Under the pieces are notes generated by a model. The model saw only the letters and a list, made by a program, of their open reading frames with translations, was not told the origin of the DNA and did no database searches. This document shows positions 1 to 8,381 of a stretch of DNA of 11,583 nucleotides, piece by piece. Source of the stretch: an uncultured Myxococcales bacterium (GTDB lineage: Bacteria; Myxococcota_A; Bradymonadia; REDH01); assembly GCA_965367675.1 (NCBI GenBank), contig CBDUJZ010000161.1, positions 1-11,583 of the forward strand, in the 5' to 3' direction. Numbering within the stretch: the first letter of the stretch is position 1; the number at the start of each line of letters is the position of its first letter. A program made the position numbers and the translations under genes.

Positions 1-3000
1 GCGCCATCGGCCGCTTTGCTCCGCTGCCGCTGATGCGCAGACGCCAGCCGCTGGTCGATGTTTCGCAGCACCGGCGCGATCTCCTGCCCCAGGCTCGGCG
101 TCGGCCGGTTCAGGCTCGAGGCGATGGCGTCGAGCTTGGCCAGCAGCGGCCCCGTCCACGCCGATGGGTCCGCCGCCGGCGCCGGTCGACTAGCCACTGC
201 GGCATCGGCAATCGTGGTCTGAATGCCCTGCACACCCTGGATGAGTCCACCCATCGCGCCCGTCATCCGACTCACCGGGTCATCCTCCGCGCCGCCCATC
301 ATCTTGCGACGCGCGAACTCAGCCTTGATGCCCTCCCAACGCGTCTTCTCCTCGGCGGACATCGTGCCGCGCATCTCGGCGAGCTTGAGCAGGTTCTGCT
401 CGGCCCCCACGGTCAGCGTCTGAGACTCGCCCAGGTAGTGGTCCGTGAGCAGCGCCTGCACCTCTTTTTCGTTCATCGCCGGCACGATCTTCTCGGCGAT
501 TTTGTTCATGTTTCGATAGCTGCCCTGGAGCTGGAACTTGGGCTCCGTGCGGTACTCGTCGGCCTGCGCAGCCGAGCGGATGTACTGCAGGTTGACGGCC
601 AGCAGCAGGTCGCGCGCGGCGAACATATGACGCAGCACACCCTGCATCTCGGCGAGCTCCACAGCGCTGTACGCGTGGCTCAGCTCGCTGGTCTGCACCT
701 GCTTGCCCTGCGCCATCTCGACGATGCGATACGTGTCCTCGAGCCCGCGCGCGGCGAGCGGCGCGAGCACCGGGTTCGACGTGAGCGCGTTCTCCACATA
801 GCTCAGCGCGAACTGCTCCTCGCGCCCGTCGAGCACATCGCCCAAGTTGTACGTGTCCGCGCGGTTAGCGAGCATGTCCGGGATTTGAAACTTGTCGCCC
901 GACTCCGTGTACGGGTTGCCCGCCATGACGACGATGAACTTCTTGCCCCGCAGGTCGTACGTCCGCGTCTTGCCGTTCCACACACCCTCGATGCGGCGCG
1001 TGGCGTCGCACAGCGAGATGAACTTCTGCAGGAACTCGGGGTGCGTGTGCTGGATGTCGTCCAGGTACAGCATCACGTTGCTGCCCATCTCGAACGCCAG
1101 GTTCACCTTGAGGACTTCTTGCCGCGCGGTGGCGTTGGGCGCCTCGTCCGGGTCGAGCGAATGCACACCGTGGCCGAGCGACGGGCCGTTGATCTTCATG
1201 AAGACCAAGCCGAGCCGATTGGCCACGTACTCCATGAGCGTGGTCTTACCGTAGCCGGGCGGCGAGATGAGCAGCAGCAGGCCCATCAGGTCGGTGCGTT
1301 TTGCCGCGCCGAGCGCACCGATTTGCTTGGCCAAGTTGTCGCCGATGATCGGCAAATACACTTCGTTAATCAGGCGGTTACGGACGAACGAGCTCATCAC
1401 GCGCGGCATGTACTCGTCGAGCCGCAGGCGCTCCCGTTCGCGCTCCACCAGCGCCTGTCGCATGGCCCGGTACGCCCGGTAGGCCGGCACGCGCTCCCGC
1501 ACGAACTGACGCAGTCGCCCCAAGAACTCATCGAGCCGCAACGACATCGTCTGCGACGCGATCCGAGGGTGTTGCCCCAGCAGACCCTCCACCTTCGCGG
1601 TGAGCGACGCGCTGCTCGTCTCACGCTCCAAACGTGAGCCGGTGAGCAGCAGCGCAGCCGCCTCAGGGACCGCGTGCGCCATGGCGGAGAACGCGCTCCC
1701 CGGCGCGCCAACCAACGCGCGCAGCCACGCCAGCGCCACCTCGACCTGGTCGGCGACGCGGCCCTCCAGCTGGCCCAAGTCGTCTTCCAAAACCGCGCGT
1801 CCGCCGTGGCCATCCAGGTGCTTGTGCAGCCCCTCGACGAGCGCCACCGCGTCCGCGCTCGTCGCGAACCGCGGGCGGTCGTTCATCAGCTCTTCGACCA
1901 GGTACGCGCCGGCGTCATGCGCGTCCTCAACGCGTGGCCAGCTCGCGCCGGGCGAGGCGTCGACCAGCTCTGCATCCTCGACCCACGCCGCGATCGCGGT
2001 GCCAATATCCTGCGCCAGCTCGCGCTGCACTTCGCTCTCGCTGAACGCGTCTCGCACCCGTCGAGCGTTGCGCGCGCGGCGCTCCCAAGCGTCCCGCAGC
2101 TTCGCATTCTCGTCCGCATCCAACACGGCCCAGAACAGACACGCCAGCGCGCGCGGCCCCGCACCAAACCGCAGCAGACCGGCGTGCTGTCGCAGCTGCA
2201 GCACCTTCTGCAAAATCAGCGTCGCGTCGGCGTCATGCAGACCCCGCTCGTAGCCCTCGTCATACCGCTGACCGGCCTCGTCGCGGACCAACTTCGACAG
2301 CCCGTCTGAAGACAGCGCAGCCTCTCGCAGCGACGCCATCGACGCACCGCCGATGCCCCCCTCGGCCGCGAAAAGCAGCGTCGCAGCCAGGTACTCGCCC
2401 CGGTACACCTCGGGCGTCTCCGACACCAAGTTCTGCCCCCAAAACGCGCGCGTCTCCAGGAACTCCGGGTCCGAGATCATCTCGTAGAACCCCGTGCCAC
2501 CCAGGTGCAGCGCCATGGCGCCTTCTTTAGGTACCACGGTCAGGTCCAGCGGCTGCGTGTTCACGCTGAACTTGTGCTTGCCGAGCTTGATCGTGTTCGC
2601 GCCGTCTTCGAACAAATCGGCGCGATCGCGCTGGCCGCGCATGGCGTCCTGACGCGTCGACTTGAGCTTCGAGAGCAGCTCATCGGCTTTGACGCTGTCG
2701 CCCAGATCGCGCAGCTGCTCCGCCACTTGGCGCAGCTTCATCACCATCGGATCAGCGGCAAAATACGCGTTGAGCGCGTCCGCTCCGTCTGCCGCGGCGC
2801 TCCGGCGCGCCACGCTCGACATGATACGCTCCGCCGCTCCGACCAGGCTCTCCACCCGCCGCTGACGCTGCTCCAGCAGAGTCTGCTTCTTGGCCTCGAA
2901 CGCGTCCACGACCTCGCCGCGCTTCACGGCCAGGTCGGTCAGGTACTCGTCGAACTCACTGAAGCGCCCTTCCAACTCTTCGAGCTGCAGCAACAGCCGC

Positions 3001-5183
3001 GACAGCTGCTCGTCGCACTTCTCCGGCGAATCGCTCAGCGACAGACCGCTCTGCACCGTCTGGCCGAACAGCGTGAACTGCGCGCCGAACTCCGCGCGGC
3101 CTTCGCGACCCGCGATCTCCTTGCGGTGCGCTTCCAACGTGGCGCGCACGCGGTTCACCTGACCGAACACCTCGCTCACCCCTTCCAGGATGGTGGTGCG
3201 CGCGGTCGGGTCGTCAACCTCAAGGCCAGCGATGACCTCGCTGAGCACCTCGAGTCCGGTGCCGACCTTGTCGATCTCGTCTCGAATCGCGTTCGCGTCA
3301 GACGTCTTCTCGATCGTCTTGATCGCCGCCTCTTGCTTGGTCAGCGACGCTACGAGCGGGGCCAACGACTCGGCGCCGAGCATGAACTTCACGCACGCGT
3401 GGCTCACCTCGTCGAACTTCGCGACGGTCTGCTCTTCGAGCGCGTCGATGCGCGCCAGGTCCACGTAACGAATGTCGCGCAGCGTGATCAGCTGCCCGCG
3501 GTGCGTCCGCAGTCCAGACAGCGCTTCCATGAAACCTTGCACAGACTTCAGGCTGTCCGGCAGCACGCGGTCCACGGCCTCCACGTGTCTCGCGGAGGCC
3601 TCCTGCAGCGCCACGCTGGCCTGCCGCTGGAGCGCGACCACCTTCTCGAACTCGTCGACGATGAGCTCAGACGTCCGGTTGATGCTCTCCAGCGTCTCCG
3701 CCAGCCCCTCCGCCTCGGGCGACCCGAGCCAGTAGAAGTTGTCGAGCATGCGCCGGTTGGCCGAGATCAGGTCCTCGTACAGCCGCCGCGTCGGCGTCGC
3801 GTTGTCGATCATGCGGGCGATCGACAGCCCCTCCGAGATGCCTCGCACCAGCTCCGGGTTGCCGATGCGCGTGTAAAACGAGTCCTCCGTGGGGGCGCTC
3901 GCCGCGAACTCGGCCGTCACGAACGGCGTGGTCCACACCTGCATCGGGTGCACGCGCGTGGGCTCCTGAATCTCGGAGCGGAACACCACCAGGCGGCCGT
4001 CGTCGAACAGCGAGTAGCCGTTGCACACCAACTGCGCCTGCACCTCTTTGCGGATCAGATTGTACGGCAGCAGCAGGTAGCGGCCCTCGGTGGCCGTGTA
4101 GAACACGTACAGCACGTCTTCGCCGTTGGGCGACTTGACCTGCGCATGGAACTGAAGCCCCGAGGGCGCCTCGCCGAAAATCTTGTGGTCGCCGGACTGC
4201 AGATAATAGCCGCCCGGGAAGATGATGCCGTGCTCTTCCGGCAACTCCAGACACGCGTGACCGATGGCGTCGATGCGCTTCACCGACTGCGCGCGCGGGT
4301 TGTACACAAGGTGCCGCCACACCTCTTCGTTATAGGGGCGCACGCGCACCAAAATGAGCCCGCCAATCTTGGCGTACTCGATGCGCGCGTCGTCCAGCGT
4401 CTGGTTCGCGTCGTTGACCGGCTCAGCGTAAATGCCCTTGCCGTCCTCGGTGTTGTTCTCGATCTTGACCGTCAGGTCGCCGCCCACCGCCTCGACGAAC
4501 AGCTCGTCCAGAATCGACACGTGGGGATGCCGCCCCGCCACATGATCCTCGCGCGTGGTAGCGATCCACGAGAACGAGTGGGAGGCCGAGAACACGTGGT
4601 CGCGCTCACCGCGGTTGTCCACGTATTGCGGCCGCCCGTCCGGCATCACGTTCCAGCGGAACACGCGCAGGTCGCGGTCGCCCTTGCCGTAGCGGAACAC
4701 CGCCAGCAGCTTGCCGTCACGCGCGCGCAGCTGCTCCAACTCCGTCTCGCGATAGTACTTGTACAGCTCGCCGAAGTCCTTTCGGAACGCCGGGTCGGCC
4801 AGGAAACCGCCGGCCGAGGTGTCCATATCACCGACCGGGAACTCGATGCCCTCCGGCGTCTCCTCCATCGTGTGCACGCTGAACACATCGCCCAGCGCCA
4901 CGTCCTGCTTGAGGCCGAGCAACACGTTGTAGCCGAACAGCAAATTGCCGCCCACGTGCAGGATGTCGCGCGGCAGACAGTTGTGCTCCGTGCGGACGCG
5001 GCTCTGCGCGCGCACGGCCAGCTCACTGGAGCCGAACGCTTCGGTGCGGGCGGTGTTCAGCCGCTCCGCGGACGTGGCCAGCGTCTGGCCAAGCGCGACT
5101 AGGCGCGCACGGATTACGTCGTAGTTGCCGGCGTCAATGCCGTCCGGCGACACGCTTCCTTCAACTTCGGGATCGGCGCTCAT
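1..5183 (-). CDS. Giant protein with a C-terminal MoxR/CbbQ-like AAA+ ATPase domain; at least 1727 codons in the window, 3' end runs off the left edge (no stop seen)
   Basis: Translating the minus strand by hand from the ATG at 5183..5181 (MSADPEVEGSV...) gives one open frame all the way to position 1. It is absent from the ORF track only because it has no stop in the window. All other minus ORFs listed in 1-5183 are in the other two frames. An in-frame TAA lies 10 codons upstream (5213..5211). Walker A is ...LLLISPPGYGKTTLMEYV... (plus-strand ccgcccggctacggtaagacc reverse-complemented at ~1240-1262; Lys at about aa 1313). Walker B is ...VMLYLDDIQHTHPEF... (~1052-1075). A MoxR-type segment ...KKFIVVMAGNPYTESGDKFQIPDMLANRADTYNLGD... 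parallels MoxR ...[26 protein letters not shown].... The ~1150 aa N-terminal to the ATPase contain a beta-rich stretch (RVFRWNVMPDG..., GYYLQSGDHKIFGE...) followed by a long helical, coiled-coil-like stretch. A further ~350 aa follow the ATPase and continue out of the window. Confidence 0.85.
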   Translation of the reverse strand, partial: MSADPEVEGSVSPDGIDAGNYDVIRARLVALGQTLATSAERLNTARTEAFGSSELAVRAQSRVRTEHNCLPRDILHVGGNLLFGYNVLLGLKQDVALGDVFSVHTMEETPEGIEFPVGDMDTSAGGFLADPAFRKDFGELYKYYRETELEQLRARDGKLLAVFRYGKGDRDLRVFRWNVMPDGRPQYVDNRGERDHVFSASHSFSWIATTREDHVAGRHPHVSILDELFVEAVGGDLTVKIENNTEDGKGIYAEPVNDANQTLDDARIEYAKIGGLILVRVRPYNEEVWRHLVYNPRAQSVKRIDAIGHACLELPEEHGIIFPGGYYLQSGDHKIFGEAPSGLQFHAQVKSPNGEDVLYVFYTATEGRYLLLPYNLIRKEVQAQLVCNGYSLFDDGRLVVFRSEIQEPTRVHPMQVWTTPFVTAEFAASAPTEDSFYTRIGNPELVRGISEGLSIARMIDNATPTRRLYEDLISANRRMLDNFYWLGSPEAEGLAETLESINRTSELIVDEFEKVVALQRQASVALQEASARHVEAVDRVLPDSLKSVQGFMEALSGLRTHRGQLITLRDIRYVDLARIDALEEQTVAKFDEVSHACVKFMLGAESLAPLVASLTKQEAAIKTIEKTSDANAIRDEIDKVGTGLEVLSEVIAGLEVDDPTARTTILEGVSEVFGQVNRVRATLEAHRKEIAGREGRAEFGAQFTLFGQTVQSGLSLSDSPEKCDEQLSRLLLQLEELEGRFSEFDEYLTDLAVKRGEVVDAFEAKKQTLLEQRQRRVESLVGAAERIMSSVARRSAAADGADALNAYFAADPMVMKLRQVAEQLRDLGDSVKADELLSKLKSTRQDAMRGQRDRADLFEDGANTIKLGKHKFSVNTQPLDLTVVPKEGAMALHLGGTGFYEMISDPEFLETRAFWGQNLVSETPEVYRGEYLAATLLFAAEGGIGGASMASLREAALSSDGLSKLVRDEAGQRYDEGYERGLHDADATLILQKVLQLRQHAGLLRFGAGPRALACLFWAVLDADENAKLRDAWERRARNARRVRDAFSESEVQRELAQDIGTAIAAWVEDAELVDASPGASWPRVEDAHDAGAYLVEELMNDRPRFATSADAVALVEGLHKHLDGHGGRAVLEDDLGQLEGRVADQVEVALAWLRALVGAPGSAFSAMAHAVPEAAALLLTGSRLERETSSASLTAKVEGLLGQHPRIASQTMSLRLDEFLGRLRQFVRERVPAYRAYRAMRQALVERERERLRLDEYMPRVMSSFVRNRLINEVYLPIIGDNLAKQIGALGAAKRTDLMGLLLLISPPGYGKTTLMEYVANRLGLVFMKINGPSLGHGVHSLDPDEAPNATARQEVLKVNLAFEMGSNVMLYLDDIQHTHPEFLQKFISLCDATRRIEGVWNGKTRTYDLRGKKFIVVMAGNPYTESGDKFQIPDMLANRADTYNLGDVLDGREEQFALSYVENALTSNPVLAPLAARGLEDTYRIVEMAQGKQVQTSELSHAYSAVELAEMQGVLRHMFAARDLLLAVNLQYIRSAAQADEYRTEPKFQLQGSYRNMNKIAEKIVPAMNEKEVQALLTDHYLGESQTLTVGAEQNLLKLAEMRGTMSAEEKTRWEGIKAEFARRKMMGGAEDDPVSRMTGAMGGLIQGVQGIQTTIADAAVASRPAPAADPSAWTGPLLAKLDAIASSLNRPTPSLGQEIAPVLRNIDQRLASAHQRQRSKAADG

Positions 5184-5232
5184 CGAGACCTGCTTTCTGC
5201 GCAATAAAAGTTAGCGACCGGGCGTACGCGTC

Positions 5233-5262
5233 CGACGGAGCCCCCATGCGGAGCCCCCGTCG
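5233..5262. repeat. Intergenic structured element: direct repeat CGGAGCCCCC-atg-CGGAGCCCCC flanked by inverted arms CGACGG/CCGTCG
   Basis: Direct repeats at 5236-5245 and 5249-5258. The 6-bp inverted arms are at 5233-5238 and 5257-5262. It lies in the 93-nt gap between the flotillin stop (5277) and the giant ORF start (5183). Confidence 0.4.
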
Positions 5263-5276
5263 AGACGCCTGCGCGC

Positions 5277-7376
5277 TCAGTCGATGCCGAGCTCTTTCGC
5301 CTTCTCCATCAGCGCAGCGAGCTTGGCCGAGTCGACCTCTCCGGACTTGGAGGCGAGCTTGGCGAGCAGCGCCGTCACCGACAGGTTCTTGAGCGTCTCC
5401 GAGTTCTCGGACGCGCCCGCCAGCAGGCCCTTCACGTCGTCGCGCAGGTTCGAATCGCCGTCCAGGTAGCCGCCGAGCACCTTCTGCGCCGTCGGCGAAG
5501 TCTCCATCACGTTGTCCATGGCGTTGCTCACACTCATGGCCTTGACGAACTTGTCGAAGAACTGGCCGTCGCCGCCCACGATCTGGATCTTGGCCTCCTC
5601 GAACGCCTTGCCCATGACCGCCGCTTGGTGCTCCGCCATACGCTCCTGCGTGAGCAGCTGCGCCAGCGCGATCTCCTTCTGTTGCTCCAAACGGATGCGG
5701 TATTCCTCGTGCTCGCGACCCGCGCCGTCCAGCTCGAGCATCGCCTTCGCCTTCTCGCGCAGACCGCTCGCCTCGGCGACCAGTCGCTTCTCGATCGCGT
5801 CGGCCTCGGCCACACCGCGACGCTCGATGGTCTGCGCTTCGGCCTCGTCCACACGAATCCGCGCCATGCCCTTGGCTTCGGTGCCCTCGGCCTCGGCGCT
5901 CATCGTCTCGCGCGTCACCTTAGCCTCGGCCATGCCCTGCTTCTCGATCGCCATCGCGTTGGCTTCCTTGACCTTGACCTCGGCCAGGCCCTGCGCGGCG
6001 ACCTCGGCCTGCACACCCTCGGCCAGGCGAATCTTGCCCTTGGCCAGCGCGTCGGCGGCCTCCAGCTCGGCCTCGGCACCAATGATGCGCTCTTGCGCCT
6101 GGTGCTTGGCGACCTGTTGCGACGCCTCGGCCGCTTTGATCGCCTTGACCAGCTCGGCCTGCGCGTCACCTTCGGCGGTCACAACCTTGGCGTCCTTGTG
6201 ACGCGTCGCGTCCGCCACGAGCCGCAGGTCTTTGATGCGCTCCTCTTCTTCGGCGACGGTCTTGTCGACGGCGATACGCGCGCGCACCACGTCGGCGATC
6301 TCCTTCTTCTCGCGCTCGAGTTCCTTCTCCTTGGCGATGCGCATCAGCTCGACCTCGCGCTCACGCTCGATCTGCTTCAGGTCCTCCGCCTTTTGCACCT
6401 CGACGGTCTCCATCACCACGATACGCTCGCGCTGCTTGGTCGCCACGTCGATGTTGCGCTGCATCTCTTGCTCGCGCTTCTTGACCTCTTCTTGGGCCAC
6501 TTGGCGCGCCAGCTCGGTCTCCTTGGACTCAGAGATCTTGTAGCGGCTCGCCTCGTTCTGCTCGCGGGTCTGCGCCACGTCGATCTCGCGGGCCTTGCGG
6601 GCCTCGGCCTCGGCGCGCTGCTGGTCGTAGCGGAACACAGCCTCGTCGGCGGTCAGGTCCTGCTGACCGATGTCCATCCGCTCTTTCTGCTTCAGCTCGT
6701 TCGTCTGCACGTTCTGCGCCGCGGTCATCTCGGTGATCTTCCGGATGCCCTGCGCGTCGAGAATGTTGGAGGGGTCGAGCCGGTTCAGCGGCGTCTGCTC
6801 CAGGTAGTCGATGGCCGCGTCCTCGAGCACGTAGCCGTTCAGGTCCTTGCCGATGACCGAGATGATGTCGTCTCGGAACTCGTCCCGCTTGGTGTACAAC
6901 TCCTCGAATTGCAGCCGCTTACCGACCGTCTTGAGCGCCTCGGAGAACTTGGCGGCGAACAGCGTCTCGAGCGTGGCGTGGTCCGACGCGCGCTGGCAGC
7001 CGATCGACTGCGCGACCTTGAGCACGTCCTCACCCGTCTTGTTCACCCGAACGAAGAACGTGACCTTGATATCGGCGCGGATGTTGTCCTCGCAGATCAG
7101 GCCGTCCTCGCCGCGTCGGTCGACCTCGATGGTCTTGACGGAGATATCCATGATCTCCGCGCGGTGAATGATGGGCAGCACGGTCGCGCCGGTGAACGTG
7201 ACGGTCGGCTCCGCCTTCATCGTGTTCACGATGAGCGCCTTGCCCTGGTCCACCTTGCGGTAAAACTGAGCGACCATCGCGAGCAGGCCCACGACGAGCA
7301 CAGCCACGACAGCGACGATCAACAGCGCGGCTTGCGCGAGAGTGCTTAGAGCGAAGAAGAAGATGGGTGCAGACAT
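5277..7376 (-). CDS. Flotillin family protein (SPFH/band-7 domain, YqiK/FloT-like), 699 aa
   Basis: ATG at 7376..7374 with a GAGG motif ~10 nt upstream on the minus strand. N-terminal hydrophobic membrane anchor (MSAPIFFFALSTLAQAALLIVAVVAVLVVGLLAMV). SPFH core: ...TVLPIIHRAEIMDISVKTIEVDRRGEDGLICEDNIRADIKVTFFVRVNKTGEDVLKVAQSIG.... Then a long charged coiled-coil with Glu/Ala-rich 'EA repeat' region (EAELEAADALAKGKIRLAEGVQAEVAAQG...) and a C-terminal tail. The overall architecture matches what I recall of E. coli YqiK and B. subtilis FloT. Stop TGA at 5279..5277. Confidence 0.9.
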   Translation of the reverse strand: MSAPIFFFALSTLAQAALLIVAVVAVLVVGLLAMVAQFYRKVDQGKALIVNTMKAEPTVTFTGATVLPIIHRAEIMDISVKTIEVDRRGEDGLICEDNIRADIKVTFFVRVNKTGEDVLKVAQSIGCQRASDHATLETLFAAKFSEALKTVGKRLQFEELYTKRDEFRDDIISVIGKDLNGYVLEDAAIDYLEQTPLNRLDPSNILDAQGIRKITEMTAAQNVQTNELKQKERMDIGQQDLTADEAVFRYDQQRAEAEARKAREIDVAQTREQNEASRYKISESKETELARQVAQEEVKKREQEMQRNIDVATKQRERIVVMETVEVQKAEDLKQIEREREVELMRIAKEKELEREKKEIADVVRARIAVDKTVAEEEERIKDLRLVADATRHKDAKVVTAEGDAQAELVKAIKAAEASQQVAKHQAQERIIGAEAELEAADALAKGKIRLAEGVQAEVAAQGLAEVKVKEANAMAIEKQGMAEAKVTRETMSAEAEGTEAKGMARIRVDEAEAQTIERRGVAEADAIEKRLVAEASGLREKAKAMLELDGAGREHEEYRIRLEQQKEIALAQLLTQERMAEHQAAVMGKAFEEAKIQIVGGDGQFFDKFVKAMSVSNAMDNVMETSPTAQKVLGGYLDGDSNLRDDVKGLLAGASENSETLKNLSVTALLAKLASKSGEVDSAKLAALMEKAKELGID

Positions 7377-7466
7377 GATTCGCGACCTCGTTTGGGAGAG
7401 CGAAGGCGAGCGGACTAGCGGCTCGACTCGGAACGTAAGTGTTTGTTTTCAAGAACGATTCGGGAC

Positions 7467-7478
7467 AGCCCGCGGGCT
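7467..7478. promoter_or_regulatory. Perfect 12-bp GC palindrome AGCCCGCGGGCT immediately 3' of the nfeD-like stop codon, followed on the minus strand by an AT-rich patch containing TTGAAA
   Basis: Self-complementary 12-mer at 7467-7478. The nfeD-like stop is 7484..7482. Plus 7438-7456 (gtgtttgttttcaagaacg) is unusually AT-rich for this sequence; its reverse complement contains TTGAAA. Confidence 0.3.
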
Positions 7479-7481
7479 ATC

Positions 7482-8327
7482 TCACGACTTCCGGGGGCTC
7501 GACCGGCTTTGCACCGGCGCCGTCTCAGCGGCCTCGACGCCGGCGTCACGGACAATGGCATCCAGGGCGGCCAGCTCGGCCTCGAGATCCCCGTCGCCAT
7601 CCGACGCCACAAAGTGGTCCATCGACTCGATCTGGTAGGCTTCTTCGCCCGCCACATACTCGACCACAAGCGCGGCATCTCCACGCTTGAGGGTGTTGGG
7701 TTCGGCGCACCGCACCTCGATGAGCAGCCCGGCGCCGCCATCGCGGACCTCGGCCTGGCCAAACGTCTCGGTCACGCGGCCGGTGCGTACCTCGCAGACC
7801 ACGCCCACGGAGTCGGCGCGCGACGCGGCCTCCTGCGTCTCGAACAGCTTACCGAGCGGACGAACGCTGCGCTTGGTGAGGGGCACGGCGATGCCGATGG
7901 AGAGCAGGAATGTGACCGACGCGATGACCGATGCGGGAAGCGCGAGCTCGGCGCGGGCCGCGAAGTGCATGCACAGGAAGCTGGCGATCCAGCACCAGAG
8001 CACCAGCACGGAGAGCACGACCGTCGCGGGCGCTTTGTCGAGCGCCAGCGCGTGCACCACATGCCACGTAAAGCTGTGGGAGCCTTGGCCGCTGCCGACG
8101 CCCTCGGCACCATCGAGCGCACCGTCGGCGCCCTCCAATGCACCGTCCAAAGCGCCGTCGACGGCACCATCCACGCCACCGTCCAGCACGCCGTCCAGGT
8201 CGAAATCCAGCGACTCGACACCGATGGCGCCCGCGATGACGAACAGCCAGTAGAGGACGATCAGCCCCATCAGAACCGTGAAGATTCCGGTCGGGAGTGT
8301 CAGCATCTCTGTGAGCAGCGGGCTCAT
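7482..8327 (-). CDS. NfeD-like / YqiJ-like inner-membrane protein (N-terminal TM helices, C-terminal OB-fold), ~281 aa
   Basis: ATG at 8327..8325; the track's first 'M' at 8330 is a TTG. Two hydrophobic segments (GIFTVLMGLIVLYWLFVIAGAIG; TVVLSVLVLWCWIASFLCM... VIASVTFLLSIGIAV). The C-terminal beta-rich segment ...GVVCEVRTGRVTETFGQAEVRDGGAGLLIEVRCAEPNTLKRGDAALVVEY... is typical of the NfeD short-form OB-fold. It sits directly upstream of a flotillin gene, as in yqiJ-yqiK and nfeD-floT pairs. Stop TGA at 7484..7482. Confidence 0.8.
   Translation of the reverse strand: MSPLLTEMLTLPTGIFTVLMGLIVLYWLFVIAGAIGVESLDFDLDGVLDGGVDGAVDGALDGALEGADGALDGAEGVGSGQGSHSFTWHVVHALALDKAPATVVLSVLVLWCWIASFLCMHFAARAELALPASVIASVTFLLSIGIAVPLTKRSVRPLGKLFETQEAASRADSVGVVCEVRTGRVTETFGQAEVRDGGAGLLIEVRCAEPNTLKRGDAALVVEYVAGEEAYQIESMDHFVASDGDGDLEAELAALDAIVRDAGVEAAETAPVQSRSSPRKS
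8100..8210 (-). repeat. Period-12 nt imperfect tandem repeat (about 8 units) inside the nfeD-like CDS, encoding (x-h-D-G)n
   Basis: Plus-strand units ggcaccatcgag / cgcaccgtcggc / gccctccaatgc / accgtccaaagc / gccgtcgacggc / accatccacgcc / accgtccagcac / gccgtccaggtc. They translate on the minus strand to DLDGVLDGGVDGAVDGALDGALEGADGALDGAEG, sitting between TM1 and TM2 of the NfeD-like protein. Confidence 0.55.
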
Positions 8328-8381
8328 CAAGGTCCAGGAAGAAGCGGAGAACGAAACGGGGGAGCGGTGACCGGGTCGAGA

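Noticed and set aside
33-1637. Long plus-strand ORF (534 aa), and likewise 1674-2309 (+), 2505-5102 (+, 865 aa), 5625-7349 (+, 574 aa), 7443-8807 (+, 454 aa)
   Set aside because: Arg/Leu/His/Gln/Val-rich and motif-free translations typical of the antisense strand of GC-rich genes. Each is fully overlapped by a minus-strand gene with clear family motifs (AAA+ ATPase, flotillin, NfeD, MsrB).
5277-8330. Idea that the SPFH/NfeD pair marks an anti-phage defence island
   Set aside because: No nuclease, NTPase-effector, toxin or other defence hallmark nearby. Sigma-54 control, MsrB and flotillin fit a housekeeping or stress-response membrane module better. Left as a remote alternative only.
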